Shown here: positions 1 through 13,285 of the stretch, piece by piece
Numbering within the stretch: position 1 is the first letter of the stretch
Layout of the letters: every line of letters starts with the position of its first letter
The notes under the pieces: generated by a model
The model's database searches: none
What the model was told of the DNA's origin: nothing
What the model saw: the letters and a program-made list of their open reading frames with translations, nothing else
Made by a program: the position numbers and the translations under genes
Origin: Mytilus edulis
Lineage: Eukaryota
Assembly (NCBI RefSeq): GCF_963676685.1
Contig: NC_092348.1
Coordinates: 19,840,001 to 19,904,000, forward strand
Length of the DNA stretch: 64,000 bases
Direction of reading: 5' to 3'

Positions 1-1
1 A

Positions 2-202
2 TATGTTAAGATTGCTGTTCACAAAGTTGTCTTCAATGTGAACGAGGCAGGTGTAGAAGGCGCTGCAGCTACAGCTTTTGGAATTTCATTTAGAAGTGGC
101 GCACGACTGTTTTTGGCAAATAGACCCTTTTTGTTTTATGTAAGAGATATCAAATCAGGTCTTATTTTATTTATTGGTCGTTTCTATCCTAAAGTCGGAT
201 AA
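2..202 (+). CDS. Serpin, C-terminal part of last exon (5' part outside window)
   Basis: Frame 2 reads YVKIAVHKVVFNVNEAGVEGAAATAFGISFRSGARLFLANRPFLFYVRDIKSGLILFIGRFYPKVG* (TAA 200-202). It has the serpin hinge (NEAGVEGAAAT), reactive-centre loop and C-terminal signature (F-x-A-NRPFLF...ILFIGR). Confidence 0.95.
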   Translation, partial: YVKIAVHKVVFNVNEAGVEGAAATAFGISFRSGARLFLANRPFLFYVRDIKSGLILFIGRFYPKVG

Positions 203-1124
203 ATTATGATAATCATACACAAAACGACATTACTTTCAAAGCATGATGATTTCAACCAATAGCAGTTAAAGCAAATCCAAGGGCTGTTATTTGATCACAA
301 TGATAATGCTTTGTTCAAATGAAATAATGAAAATATTACTGTGAACTATGTGTCATATTAAAGAATTAATCTTGATATGAGATAACTGGAAACGATTTTG
401 TAAATTTATTGCAAGATATGAAGTAATTAAAACCTTGTGTTCCAAGAAGTTTGTATTCCGAACTGGAATGTTTGCATACATTAGATGTATTATATTAACT
501 TATTTGCATACATCATTAATCTATTATGTAGATACAAATAAAAGTATAACTTCTGTGAGCCAAACTCAAGCTTGTGATCAATTTTGTGATTTTATTATAC
601 AGTAAAACCTTCTTAAATCGACCTCTACCAGCCTGGACGAAAGAATTCGTCTCATCCGAGGTCGAGTGTGACTGCATTCCTTTGAAATGTATAAAATACC
701 AGTATGACATTACTGTAAACTAGATATTTTAATTATTGTAACTTTTTTTTCGGTATGTCAATTAATGATTGTGTATCCAGTCTCCATATTTTTTCTTTCT
801 AGAAATAAAAATGTGAACAAGTTTAACGTAGTTTATTCTTTACCCAGCAATTATCCAGTAAGTAAATATTGAAGACCGCAGTTTACTTTTAATATTGTGG
901 CTCATTGTCACTCAGACCAACCATTTGATATCTAATCACATTTATTTTCATAAAAAAAACAATACATACCTTCACCAGTATCTTTGAAATGAAAGCACTA
1001 GCTATAGATAAATTGCATCATAATAATTAAACACACAAGTACAATACAAAAATTAACAAATAAAATCGATACAAAAATATTTACCAAGGGCTTTCACTAT
1101 CAATGATGGAATCACTGGCGAAAT

Positions 1125-2595
1125 TAAAAAAAGTCCCGAAAGATCACTGGGTCGTCTGCTTTATGATTAACTTTCCTTCAAGCTGTTGAAGTAGCAGTTG
1201 ATCTTGGCGAGAGTTGTGGTAGCTATTGTTCTGTGTTGTCCTGAACTTCAAAGTATGACTGGTACGTGGCAGTAATCTCATTTATGGAGGATAAGCTTTG
1301 AAAGGGTTTTCTATCGTTATCGTATCATCTTCGTGACTGTCTTTTGTTTCTTTCATGGTCAAAATTATGTTGTTGATAATATACTCGTCTGTTAGTGGCT
1401 CAGTTAGTGAATTATCAATGTGGATGCTGTTTTGTTCTGTGAAATTAATTCTTACAAGACGGGCTAGTGGAATACCATCGTCGTCGTCACCTTGAAACAC
1501 TGAATATAAAATGTCAACACTGACATCTGCATGTCTAGAACAGTTGCTTATGTTGTGGTCATGCACTATAGATTATAGAATAACTCGGGAAGCGAAACAA
1601 GTCATGGAAAAATACTGCTGAGGCCCGATTTCCTTCTGCGTTGCCCTGAGTTTCAATGTATGACAGGTACTGTGGATTCATTTGTGTTCGTGGGTACCAA
1701 TTTTCGTGGATTGAGTAAAACTGGCATTTTCGTGGATATTTGATTTCGTGATTTTGCCAATCTCTGTATATAAAGCCTATAGAAAATGTGTAGTACGTTG
1801 AACATTGGAATTCGTGGTTTACATTGGTATCCAACGAATTATAATGACTCCACATGGCAGACAAGCCTTGGGCGGTTTTTTGTCGTTATCGTATCCTCTA
1901 AGTTACTGTCTCCTTCTGTCTTTTTCAGTGTCGAAGTTATCTTGTTGATGATATCGTCGTTTGTTAGTGGCTTAGTGATTGAATTATCAATGTCGAAGCT
2001 GTCGTATTCTGTGAAATTAATTCCTACAAGACGGGCTAGTGGAATATCATCGACGTCGTCATCTTAAAACACTGAACATAAAATGTCAACACTGACATTT
2101 GCCTATCTCGAACAGTTGTTTATGGGTTGGTTGTGACTGAAACCAAGCTCGGTGCAGAAATCGGAGTGCATCTAGGATAGTAACAATTAACTCTGTTTTA
2201 CTCTCGGTTCTTAGAATAAGTTTTATCATGACTCAGCGGAAGTGAACTTCAGAAGGATACCTTTGTCAAAGGGATGCGTCTAACTGGTTGCAAAATGTGG
2301 TAGTAAACCAGCTTAATATTTTTCAAGCCTTTAACGTGCAGATGGCAGGGCAGTTGTCCTCTATCATTGCTACTTTCCGTTGCTGCCGTTAAACATTCTT
2401 GTCAAGCTTGTTTGACCAATTAATAAAGGTTTCTTATGTCATCCATGCTTTTTGATTTGCATCATACTGTGTTGGTAGCGAATTGATAATCTAAAAGAAT
2501 CTTTGGTGATCTGATTTACAAAAAGATAGCATTTGGACTTTCACAAAACCGGAGACCGTTATCCTCTCTTTACGCCTTTTACTACCAATACAAAA
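1125..2595 (-). mobile_element. Degenerate Tigger/pogo (DDE_1) transposase fossil with internal duplication
   Basis: Minus-strand fragments with stops and frameshifts: CIGSKRRKERITV, LPTQYDANQKAWMT*ETFINW..LDK..RKVAMIEDNCPA, LPHFATS*THPFDKGIL, DDDD.IPLARL. These match the pogo/Tigger motifs KERIT, N.KAWMT, DNCPAH and PPNTTS..QP.DQGII. The C-terminal ~270 bp occurs twice (~1290-1560 and ~1870-2130). Confidence 0.85.
1668..1840. mobile_element. MITE-like fragment inserted in the Tigger fossil
   Basis: Starts TACTGTGGATTC with repeated TTTCGTG motifs and lies between the two duplicated transposase segments. Confidence 0.45.
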
Positions 2596-2810
2596 GAGAG
2601 GAGAAAGACACCAGAGGAACAAATTATAATCATAGATCAAAAATAAACTGACAACGACATGGTTGAAAAAGAAAAAAAGACACCAGAAAAACAATAATAT
2701 ACAAGACTCAACATAGAAAACTAAAGACTATGCAACACGAATCCCACAAAAACTGTGGATGATCATAGCTGCTTAGGAAGGATAAGCCGATCCTGCTCCA
2801 CATGTGACAA
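2592..2810 (+). repeat. Abundant interspersed repeat (GAGG..AAAGATACCAGAGGGACAGTCAAACTCATAGATC family)
   Basis: Related copies at ~9315-9470, ~14066-14170, ~48240-48440 (+) and ~26480-26680, ~28375-28555 (-). Confidence 0.75.
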
Positions 2811-5800
2811 TCTACACATTGACGTTAAGTTTATTCTTATATGTTTAAATATCATCATTCATAGACATTCCATCCAGTAAACCACTACCATGATATCCTT
2901 CTATTTCAATCTTTAGCCCGCTGCATTTTACATCAATGGCGTTATGGTAGGAATAATATCAGTTGTTATGTTTTACAATGTTTTTGTTGAAAAAAGAAGG
3001 CTTTTCGACGACAATTCAAGCCATTTTTTTTTTGTAATTTCTTTGTACGAAGAAGTATTTGCGTTGAACACTTTCAGTGCAATGCATATTATTTCATAAG
3101 CAACACCTTTAGAATGTGTATATGACGAAAATTGCAAAGAGAAAAAATTGACATTCAATGAAATTGGTGCAATTGTACACTTTATTTTTCGTTTGCTGCA
3201 TGATTTACATTTTTTGTCAGCGTTTAACAGTTTCCTGGATTAAACTCCCTTTTACAAACCAACGCCTGTGTAAATAATTTCGATAGTACCTGAAGTGGAT
3301 ACCTTAGTATGCAGAATTGTCAAATTTTGCAAATGAATCCAACATTAAAATAATACTCAAAATTGACAACAACACTTCAAATGGTCTCAATTTCATTTAT
3401 TATGGTCTACATGTTTTGCCTTACATACACGCGAAACATGTAGACTATAGCAAGTAAAATTAGAGACCATTTAAAGTGTCAATTGTGAGTATTAGTTTCC
3501 TGGATTGATCTCGTTTTTATAACGCTTGTGATCAGAATTTTGATACATAAATTGAACATCTTTGCTTGATTTTATAGTGATAAGGAATCGCGAATATAAC
3601 ATAATGTTGACTGCTGTGTCCCTAATTTTGATCTTTTTGCCTATTTTGTCTGTTTGTTTTGTTCACACGTGGTTGTCAATATAATGGAATTTGATGAGAC
3701 TGTCATACAGGTAAGGGGTTTATCAAATTTTAAAATATGGTTTAATCCACCATTTTCTACATAAGAACATGCCTGTATCAAGTCGGAAATATGACATTTA
3801 TTATCCATTCGATTGATGCGTTTGAACTTTTGATTTTGCCATTTGATTAGAGACTTTCCTATTAGAATTTTCTTCTGATTTCAGTATTTTTGAGATTTTT
3901 TATGTTTTTGTTTTACTATTAGTCGAAACCGATACCCATCAGTAAAGTCGATGGAAATTAGATAATGAAAATTTAAGTGTATCAAGTGTACCCGAATATA
4001 CTAACTTTTTTCCTGAAGCTGACAATATCATATATTTTATTACATAAACATAAATTAATATTTCCTCGCGTTTGTCACTAGTTTGTTGACACCATATATC
4101 TATCTGAACATCCAATTGATATAGCATATTATTCACAAAGTTAACACTATCAAAATAAGATAGTCACGAAAAAAGCAAACCTGTCAATGAAAAGGCTTGA
4201 ATAGGAAGATTTACTATATAAGTCAAATTCAATCTGTGTTGGTCATCGCGTCAGATATAAGAAGATGCGACATGAGTGCAAATGAGACAACTCTCTATCT
4301 AAGTCACAATTTGTAAAAGTAAACCATTATAGGTCAAAGTACGGTCTTTAACACGGAACCTTGGTTTACACCTAACAGCAAGCTATAAAGAGCCCAAAAA
4401 TGTCTTTAAACCATTGTAACGGGAATGATGGCTACTTTAAAACAAAGCATGGTTTACTGTATTTTATAATAGAGGTGCAGTCAATAGATCTGACTGTTTC
4501 TTCAAATTCCCGCAATTCCTCATCTAATTATTTATTTTACTTTAGTATCATGGATGATGAAAAATTGATTAAAAAAATTAACCACAGTTGGTTGATAGTT
4601 TTATTCATTAAAGGTTGTATTACACAAACGTCAAGGATCAGGTAAAATCATAACTATATTTATGGTCCGCTAAAGTCAAAATAACAACTAACACATATTA
4701 TGATGATGCAGGCCACAGATGTGACAGTTTATGTTTCAAAATCAATCATATCAAAAGATACATGTATAAAATTTGCATACACTACAATTATAAGTACCAA
4801 TTATGAATTTAAATATACAATACTATCATTAGACATTACAGTCTGAACCAATGAGCATATTATGTAATAAATGAAATTATTGAAATTGAATTTTTTGAAA
4901 AGTCAATCAATTTAGAGTTATCTCCCCTTGACTATAAATTTGTTAATAATAGTGTAACATTTCAACTTTTGGGAGCAGATACCACTCTGTTTGTCCTCAT
5001 CTAATTCAACAATTAACTTCTTTTCAAGGTGGAAGAAGGGGGAGGGAGAGGGGATTAAAATATTTTATGAAAATTGAATGTCACCAAATCTCTGTGTGTT
5101 CTTCCTTTGGCAGCTATTTGGAAAAGAGGCTCGAAATTAAAACATGTGCTTGAAGTAACGCCCCCTTATCAATTGCAAAATTCCAAAGATTTTCAGGTTA
5201 GATAATCACATATGTACCATCCGTAACTTTTTCTACATATTTCTAAAATTTACAAAACATGATAACACAAGACTGAATACAATTAAAATTTAGTCTCATT
5301 GTACCATAAAGTCACCTATGCTGCACATAAGTGTATATATAAGGAATCAAAAGTTTTATGTTACAAAAAAGACTAAAATAACTGTTGCTTTATATCGTTT
5401 TCTATCTAGTGAGAAGTCAATATTGTATGTCCTGCGAAGTTGGTCGCTGGCATTTCCGAATAAACTGTGTTCTGTCAATTGATAGGAAACATTATTTCCT
5501 TTCTATGTTTTGGTATTTCTTGTTTTACGCCTTGATAAACCCTCATTTTTCCCGTTTAAATTCGATAACTTATCAGCCTTGGTTTATATTTTTCATTGTG
5601 AAATTACTATTTCTTATGGAGGCAGATATAGAGAAGGCGCTTCTGCCGAAAGAAATTCACCAAGTGTTATTTTGTTTTTTTCTTTAAGCGGATACGTAAT
5701 TTGATGGAGTAGAAATTGGGTTTGACAGACCAGGCTATATCATTAATACAACATTTCTCCGTATGCAATTTGTTATTTGTGTGAAATAAATATAAAATGA

Positions 5801-6074
5801 ACGTGTTTTTATTTGTTCATCTGATCATTTTCGATATTTTGCAGTAATACATAGTACATTGTAAATTTTTTATCTTCGAATATGCATATGAATGTTTGTT
5901 AAAATACGCAATTATCTACAAAAAATTACATTACTATGAAACACAAATAGTGAACAAACATTATACATGACTAGGCACTTGTCTGATTTTGTTTACAGCT
6001 TTCTCTTGGTTGGTATGTCTCTCACGTGCGATTCTCTGATATTTGAGAACGTAATGAAAGATGTATTGAATGAT

Positions 6075-9000
6075 TTATACATGTTTTGCAACTTGGAATT
6101 CCTCCAACCAATAGGTAGCCATTTGTCCTTTTCCCTATAAAGATACACAGATTGTTAGTGTAGAATTTCATCTTAGTCTAGTGTTAGTCCCTATCTGCAA
6201 CCACCAATGAAGCTAATTGAATCATCGACACAAATATTACTGCACCTGATGCGCATTTCAACAATATATGTCTTTTCGGGACCGAATTCTAACAAAATAG
6301 TCGTGCTTCTTTTCTAAAGGATGACGAGAGATTCAGTTTCGAACTGAAGTCTCGTAACAAATAACAAACAACATATTTGATGTACCTATATTTCTCTAAT
6401 TTGATATTTGAAAAGAATTGGAATACAAACAAATTAATTTAGTTCATCCTAGCTCTTTTCTGAATTGTTCGTTATCGGGAATTGACAAGTCACATATTTT
6501 TAAAACCAAACATGTATTTTTTACTTGATTTATTTCACTTAACTGAACGGAGTTTAATTGGCTCGCTCATCACAGACCAGGCCATCTATAGACAGGTGTT
6601 TTGGAATAAACCTATCAATTTAGTGTCCAGAGTAATGGTAATTGATCTAGTTAAAACGCGTAAATAATATATGTGTATTCGCAAAATAGACAAAAAGACA
6701 CGGACGTTCAAAACGTATGCATATGTCATTATTATATATTGTTTAGCCATACTTTTTTTGTACCTTGCATCCCGAATGCTTTTTAGGGGAATAGGGGGTG
6801 CACTGGGAAAGTAAGTTGTGAATAGAATTTTAAAGGAAGGGAAAAAGTGTTTAAGTAATTGTTTAATGTATCATTTTTCTGAATCACGTTTAAAATAAAT
6901 CTCACAATCGGAATGTTTTAAACAGAATACTACAACAACCTATACTTTACCTCAAGATTCTCTGCTAAAGCTCATACAAGTGCTAAAAATTTTAAACTAT
7001 TCTATTTATTCCATGTCGTACCCTCAGTTCCTTTGTAAATCTGTTTGATAGCACTAATTATAGGCGATTAAAAATCAGTAATAATAATTATAACGGTAAT
7101 CAATCGTATTACATACATGTATGTACATCTTCAAATATACCGATCTTTTGCAAAATAAACGTAAGCTCCGCCAGATCACATGAAAAAACATTGGAATGAT
7201 TGTACTCGGGGAAAGGAATATTTGCTTGCAAGTACATAACAAGTAGCATACATTATTACCTTAACATCAATAAGACCTCTGAACTCTGTTATAAAATTCC
7301 CATGATGGCTCAGGATTTCTTGTGTGACACTACTTATATGTATCTTTCCACCTAAAATAAAATAAAAATAATTTCATTACAACAATTCACATGGCCTCCT
7401 AAAAGAAAAGTAAAAACTAATCTTACAAAACTTTCCATGGCCAACTTCAAGGATTTGTATAGAATAGAGACAGAAGATGCAAAGGTAATATTAAAAATCC
7501 ATAATTCGAAGAAAAACAAATAACGCCTTGTATAACTAAAATCGAAAGCGACGAAACGATAAACAAGTCCTAAAATACTTCATCGAAATTTAAGAATGAT
7601 TGCTACGAACCCCACCGAAAAAGGGAAAACCATTAACTTCAAAAGAAACAATAGTGGGTGGTTTGACAGTAGCAGCGTTTCTTCTATGAATGCATGGCGC
7701 AGACTAACACTAAGTTAAAATGTCATATCCAGCTCAATGAAACATTAAATGTTAACAAATGTCAAACTTAATCTGTTTCGAAGAAGAAAAAAACATTTCA
7801 GAACCTATGTTTTTACCATCTTAGCTCATCGGATAACTGATGCCCATTATAATCAATACGTTTTTAGCTAAGCCTAACGTTTAACTAGTTTTATTTCTAA
7901 CCAGGTGATTCTAGCTTCGCTTTTTTGTAACTGTTATTTGGCATTATCAGAAGGTCCTTTTGTAAGCTAATTATTAGAAATTTCTTGTATGTGGCATAAC
8001 ATTACGTACAGTAATTTAAAAAATATATAAAGCGAAATACAAGTCCTGCAACTAGAAAACTCAAGTAAATCTTGAAATATCAGAAACAAATGATAACGCT
8101 AACATAGCAGCCACATATTCCGTCAACAGTTATGGATCTCGAAAGGAATACAATACCTAATCATTTTAAATATCACCTGCCATTCTAAATATCCTTCTCA
8201 TTATATTTTATAACAACTATACATACGTCCATAAAACCAATATATTGCCTTATTGGTCAGATCTAATTACAGCTTCGATGCAGTATCGCATACGTGTTTA
8301 TGAAAAATTGTCAATTTATGAACACCCAAAGAAAATACTAAAGAACTTTCATCCGAAAGAGAAAAAATATAGTTTGGGCTTTGAATCTATTTTGTAAGAT
8401 TACTCAAAGTTTTGTACTATCTTTACTAGATGGTGTGCTTAAATGTTCAAAAGTAAGCTATACTATTGTTAGACCGTAATGTACACACATTCAATCAACC
8501 CTGATCGGTGTGGTGTATGACAAGTAATCCTTAATCTATGCATTGTTTTAACGTTCGCAGCAAAGGTAATCCAAAGCGTTGCTAGCGATCGTTGTTATCT
8601 TGTCGAAGAGATATATTTTGATCCGAGTTAAAGACCTTGACTTTGAGATGAAGACAGTAGTCAAATCGCTAGCCCTTTATTCGTGTTTTGCAAGACATTA
8701 ACCCGATTTTGAGTCTTTCTTTTATATATGGTCTGTTTTCTAAATCACAAATACTCCAAAACATGTTTAATGAACGTATGAGTTCTTTTAAGACGCTAGG
8801 TAATTTCAATACATACTAAATGAAGGCTTACCGATGCCGAAAGACTGCATTCTAGATGCTGTATTGACTGTGTCACCAAACAGACAATATCTTGGCATTT
8901 TAGTGCCAACACATCCAGCAACGCATGGTCCTGAAATATACCAATGGATATTAAATAAGTAATAATAATAAAACATAGTATTACTATAAAGTAGGCGGTG

Positions 9001-12000
9001 TGAAAAGAACTATTATTTGGTTCCTGAGATTGCAAATATATTTAAATTAACTAAGTAAAAGAATTAAGTTAATTTGATGTATACATGAGCAAGTTAACAT
9101 TAACTTTAGATTTTAATGCAGACATCTCACGGTTCTGATGTCACTCTCTTGTTGTAGATGTAAATAGTGATTAACATATAGCTTTCTGTGAAGATAGAAA
9201 TTAGCAAACGTATTGACATCTTTTTAGATATATTTTGAATCAAAATATACATGTTGGGTTTTTCCAAGTCTCATAAATCGAAGAATTTAATTTGAAGGTT
9301 AAAAACAAAAAAAAAAGAGGCAGAAAGATACCAGAGGGACAGTCAAACTCATAGATTAAAAATAAACTGACAACGCCATGACTAAAGAAAAGTAAGACAA
9401 ACAGACAAATAATAGTACACAAGATAAAACATAGAAAGTAAAGACTGAGCAAAACAAACCTCCACAGGTGGCAACATCTGAGGGAAAACCATTAACTTCA
9501 AAAGAAACAATAGTGGGTGGTTCGACATTCTTCTATGAATGCATGGCGCAGACTAACACTAAGTTAAAATGTCATATCCAGCTCAATGAAACATTAAATG
9601 TTAACAAATGTCAAACTTAATCTGTTTCGAAGAAGAAAAAAACATTTCAGAATCTATGTTTTTACCATCTTAGCTAATTGGATAACTGATGCCCATTATA
9701 ATCAATACGTTTTTAGCTAAGCCTAACGTTTAACTAGTTTTATTTCTAACCAGGTGATTCTAGCTTCGCTTTTTTGTAACTGTTATTTGGCATTATCAGA
9801 AGGTCCTTTTGTAAGCTAATTATTAGAAATTTCTTGTATGTGGCATAACATTACGTACAGTAATTTAAAAAAATATATAAAGCGAAATACAAGTCCTGCA
9901 ACTAGAAAACTCAAGTAAATCTTGAAATATCAGAAACAAATGATAACGCTAACATAGCAGCCACATATTCCGTCAACAGTTATACAAAAACCACAGAAAG
10001 ACAATAAAGAATATAAACAATTTATGAAATTCTAAAGTAACTACCGATGAAAACATATTTGAAGATCAAGATATATACTCTTACCGTTAAAATTAAAGTT
10101 TACTTTAAAATCTTTAGATTATTTAAACAAAACCTTTAACGTAACATAGACTATATATAGATAAATCAAACTTTAATGAATACGGGAGATGGCATAACAA
10201 ACATTTTTGAACAACCGAAGAACTGGATATATAAAGAGTTTCTTTTTAAATCCACGTGCATTTTACAAATACAAAATAAACATGCCATTCTTAAAGTCAT
10301 CTAAAACGAGTAACTGATGAAAAATAATGTTTATCCAATTCTTGAACCAATGCATGTACATATCATAAACTAAGTCAACTGTGCACGTTTTTGTCATTTT
10401 GTTACGCATTTATATCGTATAATCGTCAAAATAATTTTCTCTCGGTCTATTATGATGTGAAAATATGGCAGCTAATTGGTTGTCGTGTTTTAAAACCGAT
10501 GTTTACCGATTGTCACCTTATAAAAGCTCTGATTCCTTTCACGGATTTGGCTATACTTTTTGGACCTTTTGGATTATAGCTCTTCATCTTTTATATAAGC
10601 TTTGGATTTCAAATATTTTGGCCACGAGCATCACTGAAGAGACATGTATTGTCGAAATGCGCATCTGGTGCAAGAAAATTAGTACCGTTATTTTTTTTTA
10701 TAAGTAAACCATCAATAAACAATTAAAACAAATCTTTAAAATTTGGACAAATTATATAATTGTCTTGAGAAAAAAAGTATATGTACATAAGTTTAATGAT
10801 AAATAGAAGCCAATTAGTTATAAAAAAAAATATGCATCATTGTTTTAATTTAAATTTTATATGACTTCAATCAAATGAATGAAAACTAATGTCGAGTATA
10901 TGTCAATGAAATAGCAACCCAATGAAACATTGAATACAAAAATCTTTTTGAACCAACCTGAATGAAGTCCAATTCTTATTTTCAAAGTTCTACCCGGCAT
11001 ATGTGGTATATCATACCCGTTGACTTCCTGTCGGATTCTCAAGGCCATTAATGCTATTTCCGGAGCATGATTCCATCCGTTAGGTGTCGGTACACCACTG
11101 GCAACCATGTAAGAATCACCAATCGTTTCCACTTTATAAACATCATACTTATCTATACATTCGTCAAATAAACTGCAATAACAACATATACATGTATTGG
11201 GTAAAATTGAAAAAAATAAAAGAGGAAATTGGTGCAAGTTCTACGTTTACAGTGTTCGTACATGTACATGCGTGTTTTATTTGCAACTGGATTTCAAACA
11301 AACAACAATCAATTAATCATTACGTTAACACTGTTATTATAATGGGTAGGTTACACTCATAGTTGTGTATTTAAACTTTAAGATATCAATCGTTAAAAAG
11401 GGGACCTAAAGAAACCCAAAACATGGACCAAATATCAGAGCACAACTGACAATTTTCTTTTTTTATCGACTGCAACATTCTGGTAATAAACAATACACAC
11501 TTGTGTGAGATTATTTTGAGTTGATGAATAACTGTGGAATTAAATAATCTCATCATAGATACCAGGACTAAATTTTGTATATACGCCAGACATTAATAAG
11601 CTGTTGAAATATGTCAGTCATTTGATCAATTTTGTATAAGCTATAAACTAAAAGTTTGTGAAATGGTGTTGAGCTTTTGATTTTGTCATTAGATAAGAGG
11701 CTTACGTTTTGATTTTTTCTTGGAGATATTATTTAACCTTTTATTCCATTCAGAGTAAAATCATTATTTCTATTACCTATCCAGTTTTATTAATCAGTTT
11801 TTTATAAAGTTTTACTGGATTTCTAAATTTTTGTAGCACGTCATCTTATAAAAGTTAAGAATAAACATACCTGTATAAGTCATTTAGTAGGTTAACAATT
11901 TCAATTGGGCTACTTTCAGCTCCTAGTTGCGTAAAGTCTACAATATCACTAAAGTATATTGTCACTTCATTGAAAAATTCCGCAATAGAAGACGTCCCTG

Positions 12001-13285
12001 TTTTCAAATTTATTACAATTTGTTTTGGTAACATCTGATAAAGTAAAACATCAGTCTTGTTTTTCTCTGTTGCTATCTTGTCGGTCTTTCGTTTAATTTT
12101 CTCAGCAAACTTTAATAAATTTCCTGTCATTTTGGCAACAGAGTACACATACGATGTAAACAAAATAGCGCTAACTGTTACAACAGCTATCAAAGTAGAT
12201 AGAAAGAGATTAAACTCAAACTGGGCAACTATTTGTATAGCTTCTGAAAATGATTGTATATCTGTGTTGATAGCTTGTCGAATTTCGAAAAATATATCAA
12301 TGAATATTGTCATGTTACTAAACCATTCTATACTTTTAGTTTCTCTTTCAGACTGTGACGTAGTGGAACAAATATTTTCATAATCCTTAAACAATTGAAA
12401 TGAATAATATTGATCGGCAAAATATGACAAGTAAGCAGAGTTTTGCATCTTTTCTCTGACTTGTGTTTCAATGATCCCATGATGATGTATTGCTGTGTCT
12501 AAAAACGCCGATGACCGTCCATGTAATGTTATGTAGTATGTCTCTATTTCTGTAGATTGCCATCCACAAGATGTAAAAAATGTCGTCCCAAGAGCTCTTT
12601 GTATCCCTATGTCATCTGTCAATGATAATAGAGCTTCAGTAGCCACCACCATCTGTTGTACTGCTGCATTATCCGATGGAGTAATAGACTGAACTATATA
12701 CTTCAACAAGGCATGAGTAATTGTAGTATAATAGTCTAAATTATAGATGATATTTATAGATCTGTTCTCAACATACCTTCTATGATCAGCTAGCGATGAT
12801 AGCAAATCTTCTACTGTCCAATAAGAATTCCTTACAAAAATACCAGAGTAAGGCCACTTTACGCTGATCAAACTTGTATTCGTTTCTTGTCTCAGTATAT
12901 GAAGCTGGTTTAATATAGCAGATGATACATTTGATGTCCCAATGAAAGATGTAGACATGCCTCGTTCTCGTTGTAGATGCTTTATCAGTTCACTCATTTT
13001 AAAATTGTACTCTATATTCTCTATAGCTATTGATGTACTTTGTCGGATTCTAGATGCTCGATTTAATGAAATTCCAGACAGCATTATTATTGCTGATATA
13101 GGAATGATGATCACAACGAACATTTTCCAGTGGTTACATAAACTTCTGATTTCAGACGCTCTTGCTTCCTCCACTGCATCGCTATCACTTTGCTGGTCAT
13201 TCTCGTTACTTTCACTTTTAACGCAAGATCTAACTTCTATCCCTGACTCCGGAATTATGCTGCCTTTTTTATTGCATTTCATCAT
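6075..13285 (-). CDS. Membrane NIT-domain guanylyl cyclase (TM-NIT-TM-helix-GC), 626 aa
   Basis: Coding exons 13285-11871, 11172-10958, 8930-8832, 7351-7260 and 6134-6075, all GT-AG, total 1881 nt in frame. NIT motifs [12 protein letters not shown] and GIQRALG lie between two hydrophobic helices. Catalytic motifs [40 protein letters not shown] and [10 protein letters not shown]. The GTP-specifying Glu (KVE) and Cys (RYC) are present. An in-frame stop lies upstream of the ATG, and an acceptor at ~13327 implies a 5' UTR exon. Confidence 0.93.
7621..9983 (+). repeat. Near-identical ~510-bp direct duplication (7621-8133 and 9481-9983) in the introns either side of GC exon 3
   Basis: Both copies run from AGGGAAAACCATTAACTTCAAAAG to CCACATATTCCGTCAACAGTTAT, with only a few substitutions and small indels. 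Confidence 0.92.
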
